From positions 5,022,001 through 5,086,000 of the forward strand of contig NC_134028.1 of NCBI RefSeq assembly GCF_964204645.1: 64,000 nt of DNA. The letters run 5' to 3'. Positions within the stretch are counted from its first letter, which is position 1. Every line of letters begins with the position of its first letter. Made by a program: the position numbers and the translations under genes. Origin of the DNA: Tubulanus polymorphus (taxonomy: Eukaryota > Animalia > Nemertea). The notes beneath the pieces were generated by a model. That model searched no databases and had not been told where the DNA came from. It was given only the letters and a program-made list of their open reading frames with translations. Positions 39,898-53,017 of the stretch are shown here, piece by piece.

Positions 39898-41707
39898 TGC
39901 TGTGATATACATGTGTTATAGTTACTGCTACTTTGAACAGTTATAGAACGAATTCAAATATCATTGTCACTTTCTCCTCCCGAGCAATGCTTACAACTAT
40001 GATCAAAGCTTTACAGCGCTGCTTTAATTTGTAAATATCTATGAAGCACTGGTTTGATCTAATCTGACCAGATAATGCGTAATCCGCGTTTTCTTTCGCG
40101 TGAGAATGAATCCTGCAAAATCCCTCGTTATGAATCCGAAAATGGGACCAGTTGCAAATGTGTATTTTGATGATTGAGCTCCGATGCCTTCTAATAGTTC
40201 CTGCTTGTTACGCATTTCGGTTAAAACTAATCTTCATATTTTGCGGTGCCAATTCATTTTCAGTTAAGCAAGGGTTAATATGCTACATAATTAACAGTTT
40301 GTTGGTTTTATTAAACATTAGATTCATTATTTAATTAATGTAAAGAATGTGTTCTTTTTTTTCATACGCAGAATATGATTATAATCCATGTGACTTTACA
40401 CTAATCAATATGGATTTTAATTGGTACAGATTATTTATGGACATGTTTAACATTTGTATATAAACATCATTTATTGTGTATTAATTTACATATTACTAGT
40501 AAATAAAACAGTCATCAAACAAATATTGGTAATGCTTTCACAATTTTTGGTTTCTTCGGTTTGGTTGAATTGTTAACCGCAACACAGTCAGGGCTAGTGG
40601 CTATTAAAGTAACCATGGACTCCTAATCGATTAAGTTTCACGAGTTTATGGATTGACACTACAGGATACACTTAAGGTGATTGAACCCGCACTAACGGAT
40701 GTGAACCCATTGCCTAATGACACCCTCGTAAGCACAATTTGATTCTAGAATGAGCATCCGATTCCTTTGCCTTCCATTGAACTTCATATGAGATAATGGA
40801 TCTACTTTACATAGCAATGATTGAAGTAATGACCTGTATAGGAAATGCATTGAGTTATGGTTTACCAGCAAATCATGAGACCATAGACAGTGACGACAGA
40901 GGACCATTTCCAATATTTGTTCATTTTAAGTTAGTCGAGTAACAGCTGCAGTACTGTAACCGTAATCCAAAAGATTGGAATCCAACGAAAACCTCACTAT
41001 CCTTTAAAAGAATGATTAAGCCTGTAAATTCAATATTAATGTTTTATTCATGGATTTTTCTATAAGTATAAATAGATTGATTTGTAAAATTAGTCCTAAA
41101 ATACATAAGCAGATTACAACTTCACAATATGTGCATTCAAACTAACATCTTTCTGAATTTTGGCTTCATGATTCATATAATTTCTGATATGAAATTTTAT
41201 CAATGATATTATATGTACACTGGTTGTTTGGGTATATGTGCAACTCTTCGGTTAGATCAGATACATCATAAGATTTATCCTGGAACCAGCCATGGATGAC
41301 ACTTACTAGAAGTTACCCAACGCTCTAATAATAAAATCCCAGTGCTCTCTAAGGATTAGAAGGCACAATGTCCAAGGCATTAAATGTCTGAGTAGATCAG
41401 TGTTTGGCAGTAACCTCTCACTACTGTGTCGAATAATAATATCAATACCGGTATATATATAATATAGGTAACAGTGGAAAAAACTCTTTAAGAAATAACT
41501 TAGTGCTGATATAAATTCATAGATATCTGATGAAGTCAACAGAATGTGCTGCCATTGTGAAATATGTAGATACAGTTCAGTCAGTTATTGACCATTGAAG
41601 TGGATGCTTTTCACTAGTGGTCACTATATCCACCTGTGGAAGGGTTTGAACTCTCAGTTGAAATGTGCGTTCAGTGATCCGCATTCATGGACGAACTCGC
41701 ACAAAAT

Positions 41708-44700
41708 CTAGAACACGATATCATCATCGTCATCATCATAATCATCAACAGGAGTGGCTCGTCTCGGGGGCGGCGATCTCGTACTCCTGCTCTGTAAATA
41801 TTAATGTTCCGGATCATTAGTCAATGGTTCAACAAAATATCAAGATACTCTGTATCATTTCATTTTTTGCTTTAATTATACTTACAAATCCTTTTCTTGT
41901 TGATGAGCCAGCTGAAAAAAAATAAAAATATGTTAATGTACCGGTATACAATGTCTAAGATGTAATATAGATGTACATGAAAACATTGTTTTAAGAATTT
42001 TTAATGAACTGTATTTTATTTGGATTAATGTCTAGAATGTACACAAGGAATACACTAGTTGCTGAGTTTGGTAGTGAGTAGTTTGTGTCGAAGTGTCATT
42101 TGCATTGATAATTTCAGTGTTGCAGTGATTTTTAGGTGAGGTAAGGTCATTTCATCCCTTTTTAAACATTGAATTATTTCAGCTACGGCTTTCACCTCGA
42201 GGGAAAGAATAAAATGAGAAAAGGATGTATTTGAAAGTATCCCCCATGACTACGATTCCTGCTTTCCCCTCTTATCAAACTACACGTAGTTCTATATCTG
42301 GTGAATTCTGTGGTGTTTTCTAATAACTCGTAGTCTAAAAGTCTAGTCATCATCTAAGTGTATTTTTATTACCATAATCAACCGCGTAGGAATCAGACAG
42401 TCTCTGAGAACAATCGGATACATTCCACACAGAACTTTCCATCATATCATCTCTAACATCTACAATCATTTCCTCTGAATTTCTTTTCTCATTTTGTCTA
42501 CTCATCTTTGTCTTATTGAATTTGTCCTTGTCAAAGTCCGTAAAATGATCCAGATGTCTCAGATTTTCAGCTGTTAACGTCTTCGAGAAATATGTTTGGC
42601 CTTTATGATGTATTTTTGAGGAAGAATGTGACCTTTTGATATTCTCTGCCATTCCATTTTTCAGATTACTTTCATACAATGCACTACTGCTTTTTGGAGT
42701 CTTCCTTTTCACTACATTTGGTTTAATCTTCAGTTTTTTACCATCAATTTCACCAAGTTGACGCCTAGATTCAACTGGTGCTGCGTTTGGGATCTTTACA
42801 CTCTTACTCTTGGTAGTTTCTTTCTGTTTTCTTCTTGTTTTGCTCTTAGGGTCTAGTGGATTTAGTCGATCCTTACTTCCCTTCTCTTTCATTGCGATAT
42901 TTATCAAATTCGATTCACTGAAACTGTTCAAATTCACTCTCTTGATGCGTCTAGCCGAGTCTAATGCTATCAAATCATTCCTGCCCTCAGACCTAGAATT
43001 TTTATCTTTAGATTTTAGTTTCTTTGCCGATTTTGACCTTATTTTCTCCTTAGTGATTCCAGGGCTATTTCTCTGTAAACCCTCCTCATCATGTCTAACA
43101 ATCTCATTTAATCCTAGAGGTTTCAATTTAACCTTCGAACCTTTGCTGTCAATATCTCCCACCACTGATTTGTCAATATTCAAATTTTCCCTCCTTTCAA
43201 CTTGTCTGGAATTTCTCTTTCTTTTCTCATCGCGATCATCAGAAATCTCACTAGAGCGTCGGTAAGATGTCGAAATTTGGCGACCAATTCTTGGCATCAC
43301 AATATCACTGTCATCTGAACTGGAATAACTCACTGGTTTGCAAACATTTTTTACTATATCATCATCCGAACTTTCATCAGTCAAAACTATGACATTATTT
43401 TTAGTTTCCTTGATTTCCCCTGCAGTAGAAGCATCATGCAGAAGCACTTCAGATGCATCATTCTTACGGCTCTCGTCTCTAGAGTCAGATTCAACTTTAC
43501 ACTCAAAATGTCTTTCTAGTATATTCTCATCTGATGAACTACTACTAATACTATAACTACTACTGTCCGAGTCAGTAAGTAGATCAGTTTTATTCATATT
43601 GCCAGTACTGCGATAATCAGAGCGATAATAAAGCAGATTAGAAGAGTTAGGAGTGCTACCCAAATAAAACGTGACTGGTTCACCATTCAGCTCATCTGTT
43701 AAAACAATACACATTCAAAGTTGATATAATGAGTTAGAAATTGTTAACTTTCAAGTCTGTTCGAGCTGGAATATCTGAGTTAAATTATTTTCTTTGTGTG
43801 AAATCAGGCACTGATGCAGATACCAGTAAATATAGAATGATGTATTTATTCGATTCAGCGTTGTAATAACTAACCTGATGAGATTCTGGGAGACGGACGG
43901 ATTGACGAGTGAACGGATAACACTTCACCGGTTTCTAAATCATCGTCAACATCTTCACCGGCTGAATCAAGATTACCATCTAAAAAAAAGATGTCCATTA
44001 ATTTAGAGCCTTTTCTGGCATACGCAGGTGTGACGCACTCAGGTTGTACCATTAGATGAAAGTACATGTACTTACTTGTAATCTTTTTTCTGCTGAAGGA
44101 TGGAGAACTGAAAATAGAGAATAAACTTTCTTTAAACTTTCTTTATACAACGTTAATTTTATGTAGGTAAGAACACGTAGAGACAGCTTGTTGAAAGACA
44201 TTAATGTATTCTATCTGGAATCGTCCACTTGAACACCCTATCCATGGACGACAATTCTATAATCTATGTTTGATTAAAGATATAGAATTGTTGCATGCTT
44301 CATGTTGTTACCTTGTGTTAAGTTTGCTGTTGTTATGAAGCATTTGTTTACGTGCTACGTGACCTTTTAATGTAGATTGTATTAGTATTAAAGCATCTTG
44401 TTGTTGCTGTTGCCGAGATGATTCTTCAAGTGACAGTCTGTGTGCGCAGATTAGAAAACAAAATCTCCACAGTTAGAGAAAATATTCAGCCAAAAATAAA
44501 CCCCTGGGTCCAGTTTTAAACACAACTGTCCCCTGGTCTACATGACCAGTCACCCTGAATTGTATCTAGGGAAAGAAGATTTAATTCTGGCTTTGCTCAT
44601 TTCCAGTGCATTTCTTAGAAGTGGCACATGCTCAGATAGCAGTAAGGGTCACTTTCTCAAACAGTAGTGAAAAGTGCGTAACCAGTCTCCACCAACTTTT

Positions 44701-47700
44701 CTCAACTTTGAACCTTCGAGAAACTAGCCACGAAGATCAAAACTAGCAGATATTAAGTTAGAATATTAAAAGTTACATAAGCACCGCAAATTAAGATTAT
44801 GAAAAACACAGTGTTGTATACAGGTGTGGATTAAGCAATGCGGAGAGGGGACAATGTGGATCCATACTAATGCATCTTATAGATTTCAAGAAATGGGGAT
44901 TTCTGACTTAGAAAAGATGGTACATATCTTTCCCGATTTCCAAAAAATTTCAAAAGGACTAGGCTCATTGCGGAGGAGCGCCACTGCTTAATCCATCCCC
45001 AGGTGTAACATGAAGAACTTGATGTGTGTGAGATATTATACCAGTATCAATGATGATCGAATGAAGAGAACTTACTTAGTTTTACGTAGCATATCTTTAC
45101 GTTTATTGTGTCCTCTCAACGTTGATTGTATATTGACGATGTCATCGTCCGCGTCGTCGTCGGAATCCGCGATCTCTGACAGACGGCTCATCTGCTGTTT
45201 GCGATTGCGATGCCCTCTCATCGCTGACTGTAACATCACCGTCGATTCCTGAAACAAGAACAGCAATTCTCAATCATCTCGATACAACGTAAAAACTATT
45301 TCTAAACTTTTCTCTCGGAATATGAAATTTTCCGATATTCATGAAATGTAAGCCTCGCTTCACAGATCCGTTTAAGGCTGATTTAAAAATGGCAAGTAGT
45401 GATCATCTCTACCACCTTACTGATCTAACATACAATGAATGAACAATGATATGTGGTGATTAGTGGGGTGGGTGAAATATACATATAACGGGGTAATAAA
45501 ACATATATCTAATATTATCCTGGTACTCAATTCCTAGATCTACCTACAGTGTGCACTTCTGATTAAAATTGTTAGAAAAATTTTCATTTTGATTTCTCAT
45601 ATTTGCTAGAAAATATACATTAGCAGTGTAGTAAAATTGTGCCTTGAAGAAGCAGTGTCTTTCTTTCAAACCCGGGCAAAAGCCAACATCAGAATGTCTG
45701 TGCGTGTAGTGAACTAGAACTCAGTTTTCAAAGAAAAGTGGAAATAGAACTGGTTAAGAAAACTAATGATGGCTTTTGCCTTTTAGAGAGGGTAAAGTAA
45801 AAATAAAGTGAATATATTGTATTTGGATTGAACAGACATACACCGGTGCCATCAATACTTCTACGATGTTCGCGCCAGTTTTTCTGGATTAGTTTCGCGG
45901 CCGAATTGCGACGGAAACGAACAACACGATTTTCTAACTGCAAAAGACACGACACACGATACAACACTAAACACGACACTAGGCTGAACACTGATGGAGA
46001 GAATAAAATACTGGCCAACAGAGTGTGGTTCCAGAGTCATAATGCCGAATCTAGTGCCAGTAGGATTTAGTCAAAATCGGTTTGATGATCAGTTTTGATT
46101 TGCAAGATCAGTTCTTTTTTCAATCAAAGTGAGCAAAGCGTCTTAAATTTTGGCTCTGGAACTGGATCCGAAGAAAACCAACATTTGATTCTATGTAAAA
46201 CATGAATCACAAAGAGTAGAGTCTAGTTTCATAAAACAAAATGACGGGGCCGTTTGAATGTTGGGGCAGAGAAACCCGAAAAAAGGGCAGTCACCGTAAG
46301 TCAAAACCAATATAACTAATATAACAATTCTTCTTAAATATATGCCCTAAAACTCTGTTAGGCCTATTATAAATTGTCAGTCACAAGTGAAGATTCTACA
46401 TTAAATTTCTATTGGATAAATATCAATAATATTTGCAAAAAGGGCACTTTTCCAAAATTTCTAGGGGGCAACTGCCCCCCGCTATGTACGGCCCTGATTG
46501 ATATTTACTCATAGCAACCTCATATTAATCAGTTTTATGAAACTTGGCTCAGAAATATGGAACACAATCACAAACGATGTTGTTAGATCACAGCAAGGAC
46601 ACATGAATCACCACAACTAAAATCAGTTTCAAAATCATAGACATTGTCATTTCATCAACATTTAAAAGCCATATATCATGAAAGCAACATATCATAACAG
46701 AATAGAGAATACAGCAAAAAATCAAGAGTTTGGAGGGAGATATCGGGGACATCAATCAGCTAGAAGGGATTTAACAAACAAAGCATGCACAAATCTGCTA
46801 CCTCATCATTTTTATGATGCTGGCGCCATTGAGACTGGATTGTTTTTGCCGCGTGATTTTGTCGAATTTCCTCCAGTTTGGCATCAACTCTCTTTTGTTT
46901 GGCGTTCTACGTCATAATATACACATAAATTCGTTACGTATGGATATTACATGAAAATATCAGTGCTAACAATAAAAGCTTCTCTTATAACAATGAAAGA
47001 ATCACAAATTTACACTTCTAAGACGGTTTTAAATTGCGACAAATCTATCTGAACCTATTCTGTACGATCCAAACCGAACTAAGTTTGGCGCACATCTAAA
47101 CTTTCATGCAAAAGATTCCATGCACCATTTGTCCTGGCTAAATAAGACTAAATAAATGCTACAACGAAGAATAAATAAATTTTTGAATTAAACAAAAATA
47201 GCACAAAAAAACATCGTTCCAACTAACCTCCTCCTCTTTTTCGTTTAGCTTGTTCGTGTTGAAACCTTTCCACGTTTTCTGTATTTTTCGCGCCGCTCGT
47301 TGTTGAGCGAGTTCGTCTAGTTTTCTCTGTCGTTCTTCGGTCTCGGCTCGGTCGCGATCATCGCGTTCACGTTGCCGTTGACGGTCGCTCGTAGCAGAGG
47401 ATTCCCGTTTGTTACGACGTGTTGTTGATGTATCCGATACGACAGACGTCACCGACCTTGCACTCCTGATTCAAAAAACGGTTTTTTAAACATTTTACAC
47501 AAGGCATAGCTATAAGCCTTCTACAACAGGGTCCCTACCGATCAATCATTCCTGGATAGTTTTCCAGGAGTTTTCAAGAAGATATCAAATTTCGAGGAGT
47601 TCTTAGTACATTTAAAAGCATTTTTATACTGGAAAGAATTTTCAAAGAATCAAATTGTACAAGCGAGAAGTATAACTTACATTGGAGGTTTTCTCGGTGA

Positions 47701-50700
47701 ATTTCTAGGAGAACGCACTTTATCTTTATCATAAAAACTATCCAACTCTTTCTGCAGGAATTCAATTTCTTTCTTGAACGCGCGGATTTCCTTACTACAA
47801 ATAAATAATACCCCATAAAGGACAAAACGGCAGAGACTTAAGTTATTCACAAGTGTAAGTCTTGCCCCAGCATAAAAGGGCATGTTCATGAGAAAAGATG
47901 ATCGTTCAAGTGAAATTTCTAGTCGATTTTTTGTCGCTCAGAATAACGTACTCTTTATCGTCACAGCACCGGCGATAATGTAACCGATCTTCTTTCAGTT
48001 TTTTGATAGTTAATCGGTGTTTGTCGTTCTCTTCGAGCAGTTCAGTCTCTCGTCGATCCAACTGATCCAATCTCTCGGCTATCGTTCCTTCCAATATTAC
48101 TTTACCTAAAATCACCGAGTCAACACGGACCTTACTATAGATTTATAGCTGTATTCGGAAAAATAAAGTCACATTGTAATAGATAAGGAGTGAATTTCTC
48201 GTTATATATAATACCTTGTACATCCCCACGTCTGCTTTCAACCTCTGATATCATAGAGACAGTATCTGCATCAGTTTTATCCATTCTCTGGAAATATACA
48301 CGATAACATTTACATGCAGTATTTCTGCTACTGTTTTTATGATTATTTGTGATAAGAAAACACGTGAAAATGTGTACACGTCCATATGGTACCACAAATT
48401 CTACTCTCTAATCTAACAATGAAGAAATGATGGAAGCAATGAAATCGAAGCACAACATCCAGAGATTATGGAACTTGGAACACTTTACCTGTTCAGCCAC
48501 CTGAATGATCAATTATTGTATCAATTTACTGATAAGTTTCAATCGTTAAATTTTTGTTTAGATGATGAACATTGTAAGAGTCTCATCTTTATGACAGTGC
48601 AATTAGCGCCAGTTTTCATATGGAATACGAAGCTGTTCGTACCTTTTCTAGCCGTGAAATAGCAGATAACAATTCACGTTTATTCATGTCTTCGTAATCT
48701 TCTGTAAAACATTAAGAAAATATATTTCAATATTCATTGTGTTAGAGCATTCTAGCAGGTTCAGCAATACCCTCAGCAAGAGAGAAAATACTCAGTCAGG
48801 AGAATCAGGTTAATGGTAATGATACCAAAGCTTAAATAAATGTCAGTTAGACCAATCATTTCCTGGCCGGAGATTTCTTACTTTTTGTTTTTTCTTTTAC
48901 CGATTCGGCTTGTTCTAACGATTTCTCTAAATCCGCTTTGATTTCTTTATTCTCAGTTTGTAGTTTATTGTTGTGGTCGTTCAATCGAATTATCGTTTCA
49001 TTCATCGCCTTCAGTTTAGCGTTCATTTCCTTGCTGTCCGTCACTTTTTTACTGCAAATAGAAAATCAACAGAACTATATACATTAGCGCAATAGACAAA
49101 CAATAACGTTTTAAAGGAACCATTATCTCGTTATTTTTTCATACCTAGTCATTTGCGCCGCCTGAGATCCACTGAGATTCTGTAATCGTAACACTTCGTT
49201 ATAATAGACTTCCATCTGAGCGCGTAATTCTTCGGTTTTAGTCGATTTCATGTCGCTCTGTAACTTGGCGAAAGCGGCTTCTTTCTCTTTCAGATTCTGC
49301 TCTAGTCGAAGGATTTTCTGCTTTAGACTGTGGATCACCTATATAGATAGAGTACCGATATATGAGTAAATGACATGTGCTTTTAAACAAGGTGTCAAAT
49401 TGCTTCATGGATCTAGGATTTTCATAAGGCCATAGTCAGGAAAAGAAAAGGTTGTTACATGCATTATCATATCATTTTCAGGGGATTTTTTGGTGAATAG
49501 GACAAGCAAGATTTACCGGTACTTGATGAACGACAAAGGTTAAGTACTTACAGTGCCTGTATCTGGTCTTTTATCGGCTAAAGTCCTCCTCATTTCCTCA
49601 CTCTGAAGATAAACAATTGAAACATCATGAAACCACAATGAACCACACAAAACTACAGTTTAGTTGAAACATTGAAACATACTTTACTAGGATCAAGCAA
49701 TTGTTCTATTTCTTTTTCCTGAAATGAAAATATTCTCATTAAACTAGATTTCTATAAAGGTATATCGGGATCAATTCTTATATAGGCCTAATGTATGAAT
49801 TTATTCAATAAGTTGATATCACCGGCCGATGCTTATTTCACCTTCTTGGCATTATCTTCTTCTAAGCGTCTTATTTTGGATTTCATCGTAGTATTGTCAT
49901 TATTTATTGAAACGACTTGCTGAAAATAAAAGTAGCAGAAAGTGTGACATTGAAAAAAGTGGTTTCATGCGGGGTTATTTAGCGAATATTTCCATACCTT
50001 TTTCAAGTCGAGTATGTCATCATAATATTCCTCGGGGGTTTTATAAGCAGGTTTACCGCTGCCAGACGGCACTTTACCATTTGCCGTATTTCCGTTTCGA
50101 GGGGTTTTTTCCGTACCCTTCATTTGACGTAAATAATGACTAGTACTGAGGTACGCCATATTCATTTCATCGGGACGTCTTATACCGGTAAATGTATTCA
50201 TGCCTATACTCTCCGTACTGTGACCTAAATTTGGATAAAATATAAAAGAACCATTAGTGTTCTAATCAAAAGGAACTGGCAAAAATTTTAAGATATTTAC
50301 AATACTTAATCAATCATTTGGGTCGGTTCCCTACATCTTTTACTGAACACCTTCTACCAAGATTGATGCAAGACCGCTAATAAGATTTAAAGGCCAACTT
50401 CCAGTTTAAATAAATGAGAATTGGTCTATTCTCAAACTTTAAGCCATTGCGCTCAGAGCTCTGACGACCTGAGAAGCTTTTTCCTGATTAGGCTATATTA
50501 TATCATTTTCCTGATTTTCAATAGTCCCATTTTGACCTCTTTTTTTGTCAGAAGACAAGTCAAAAATGAAACTGAAGCACTGACTTGCACGGGTTGGGCT
50601 TCTGAACCAAATCTCTAGTGGAATAAAACCCTGGCAAATTTGAGTCATTTGGAATTCGGCCTTTTTTAGACTTAAGTCGCAGCTGTACAAAATACCTTCT

Positions 50701-51145
50701 CCTGTTTTGCGTAAAGTGTCAATCCAGTATTCAGATGCTGAGCGTTTAACCGGTTTACCAGCTTTTGCTTTACCTCCACCACCTAATGCTACAGAGATAG
50801 AACAAAAAATAATACAGAGTGAGGACAGGAAGAAATAAAACAAATTTTGGAGATAAAGAGCAAATAGTTTAATTTGTGCGTTTTAAAAAGAATTTCAGAC
50901 TCACTTCCAGATCCTGTTTTAACGGCGTCTAACCACAATTCTCGAGCAGATTTAGTTTTTTTCTTTGCAGCTCCTTGTAAAAAGTTGGAAATATGAGAAA
51001 AATAAATGCACAAATAACAACTTTGTTGCTGTGCAAACTGATAAGCCTATAAATCATCACTAAAGTTTAATTTGATACTTCAGACATAGTCCATACCTAG
51101 AGGTTTCTTTGCAGATGCAGATTTTCCAAGTGTTGAATTTTTCAT
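41708..51145 (-). CDS. IQCE: IQ domain-containing protein E (ciliary EvC-zone Hedgehog regulator), >20 exons
   Basis: YKTPEEYYDDILDLKK, KSKIRRLEEDNAKK|EKEIEQLLDPSK, VIHSLKQKILRLEQNLKEKE...LQSDMKSTKTEELRAQMEVYYNEVLRLQ match the IQCE coiled coil as I recall it; six IQ-like motifs (exons near 47467-47228, 46906-46802, 45937-45842, 45249-45076, 44437-44312); acidic end DDYDDDDDIVF-stop at 41708. ATG 51145 is inferred; probable non-coding exon ends at a donor near 52662. Confidence 0.88.
42373..43695 (-). CDS. Large low-complexity (S/K/D/E/N-rich) exon of IQCE, probably alternative
   Basis: Open 454-aa frame; acceptor TTTTAACAG before 43695 is in frame with exon 43979-43875; donor G|GTAATA after 42373 gives 1323 nt (441 codons), phase 1-1; otherwise the frame stops at 42350. 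Confidence 0.65.
44824..44999. mobile_element. Harbinger-type MITE in an IQCE intron
   Basis: TGGATTAAGCA ... TGCTTAATCCA inverted ends; CAG at 44821-44823 and 45000-45002. Confidence 0.55.
46245..46496. mobile_element. Degenerate hAT-like non-autonomous element
   Basis: Ends CGGGGCCGT ... ACGGCCCTG; internal AAAAAGGGCA repeated; GGGGGCAACTGCCCCC hairpin near the right end; no clear TSD. Confidence 0.4.
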
Positions 51146-51308
51146 CCTTTCTAGAAAATGAAAATTATCTAGTAGGCCCTAATTTGTATTACTCATTTCA
51201 AATGGCATGAAAATGAAATTACACAGAAATTTGAAATTGCACATCCTGGAATCCTAATATATTCAGGGAACCAATAATGGACTTGGGTGTGAAGATCACT
51301 GAATGAAT

Positions 51309-52464
51309 CACAGGGGCTCGTTACGATAGCTGGGGGTCTAAAATCAAAGATTTGACCCAGTATCCTAGGTACCACCTATAAAAAAAGAAAAGGGAGCTAA
51401 CATTTTGACATACAAGAATTGACCTTCTCATTTCAATCGCTCATAACTTCGTAACCCATCGACCGATTCGCTCGAAATTGGTTTCGTTTCATTCCTAAGA
51501 GGTTACTTTTTCGTTTGAGATCTTCCGCAACAAAATCGGATAAGAGACACCCGAGAAATCACGACTCAAATCCGAAAAAACGAGTCAAAATAGCCAAAGC
51601 CGGAATTACTAGGACGTCTCGGAGTAGTCGATTCCCGACGAAAAACGATGAGTTGACGCGGTTCCCGGACGTTAATCTTCACATATCATACATCGCTGGA
51701 AAGCTTATGAACTGACCTTATTGAAAAATGCGTTTATTTGATAATCCGTTCCGAAACCGGCGACAAGCGAGGTGATAATACGCACCGAACCGATAAATAC
51801 GCACTTTAAGCGTCACTGAACCGCCATTGAGGGTGTGACGTCACGGGCTCTGAGGACTGATAAATTCGCGATACGTGATTGGTCGACTGAATATGTTAAT
51901 TATCTAGCGTTGCATGCTGGGATTTCTCATGACGTCACGCAGTTAATGGCGGCCGGAATACACTTGGAAATCGTATTTATCGCATCAATCTGGATTATCA
52001 GCTCGCCAGTCGCGGGTATCGGAACGGATTATCAAATAAACGCGTCTTTCAATAAGGTCAGTTCATAAGCTTTCCAGCGATGTATGATGTGTGAAGATTA
52101 ATGCCCGGGAACCGCGTCAACTCATCGTTTTTCGTCGGGAATCGACTGCTCCGAGACGTCCTAGTAATTCCGGCTTTGGCTATTTTGACTCGTTTTTTCG
52201 GGTTTGAGTCATGATTTCTCGGGTGTCTCTTATCCGATTTTGTCGCGAAAGGTCTCAAACGAAAAATTAACCTCTTAGGAATGAAACGAAACCAATTTCG
52301 TGCGAATCGGTCGATGGGTTACGAAGTTATGAGCGATTAAAATGAGAAGGTCAATTCTAGTATGTCAAAATGTTAGCTCCCTTTTCTTTTTTTATAGGTG
52401 GTACCTAGGATACTGGGTCAAATCTTTGATTTTGGACCCCCAGCTATCGTGACGAGCCCCTGTG
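51309..52464. mobile_element. 1156-bp foldback non-autonomous DNA transposon, 8-bp TSD (P-element-like ends)
   Basis: Ends CACAGGGGCTCG...CGAGCCCCTGTG; GAATGAAT duplicated at 51301-51308 and 52465-52472; ~450-bp near-identical arms continuing degenerately to a ~85-bp loop; CANRG end plus 8-bp TSD fits the P superfamily. Confidence 0.92.
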
Positions 52465-52662
52465 GAATGAATGGAGCTTGGGTAGAGGGTTGGGGTGTAG
52501 GCCTACTTACAGACAGAAGAGGCCTATCTATGAGCCTGGCCCTGGGGGGAAGTGGAACTGGAATTGGAAGAATGGAAAAAAAAGGACACATTTTTTGTGT
52601 AAGATCTTTGCTGAGGTTTGGAGTACTGACTGTGTGACCATGAATACATTCTATATTTTTAC

Positions 52663-53017
52663 CTTTCAAAAATAGAAATGGGCTTTTTAATTCCTGATAG
52701 TCTGATAAATGGTTATCTCATCTTATTCGTTAAATTTGTCGAATATTTTGACAAGTGTCACAGTGCGCTTAGCAGCCCGTAAACAAATCCAATAACGGAT
52801 GGCTCCGAAAATATCTACATCCATATGCTGTAGGAGCCACCCTTTCCTCGAATAAAAAATTAGGATACAATCGAAAATTACAATTTTAAACTCTGATAGA
52901 TTTATTTATTTTTTATCTTTTTCTGTAATAATGATTATTTTCCAATGGATTCTTATTCAAAAATGCATTTTATTCAGACATAAATATTTTGGTCATGTGA
53001 TCGATGTGGTGTACAAA
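52663..53017. promoter_or_regulatory. Putative bidirectional promoter IQCE / SNX8
   Basis: Divergent genes; E-box-like TCATGTGA near 52993; YY1-like CAAAATGGC at the SNX8 start. Confidence 0.5.

Noticed and set aside
40470-40507. Opposed poly(A) signals suggesting epsin/IQCE 3' overlap
   Set aside because: IQCE has a nearer signal at ~41043, and such hexamers are frequent in AT-rich DNA.
42810-43556. Hydrophobic plus-strand ORFs
   Set aside because: Antisense shadows of the Lys/Glu-rich IQCE exon.
51515-52258. Two near-identical 66-aa ORFs on opposite strands (also 51193-51375 and 52398-52637)
   Set aside because: Mirror products of the foldback arms, with TTG/GTG starts and no recognisable domain.
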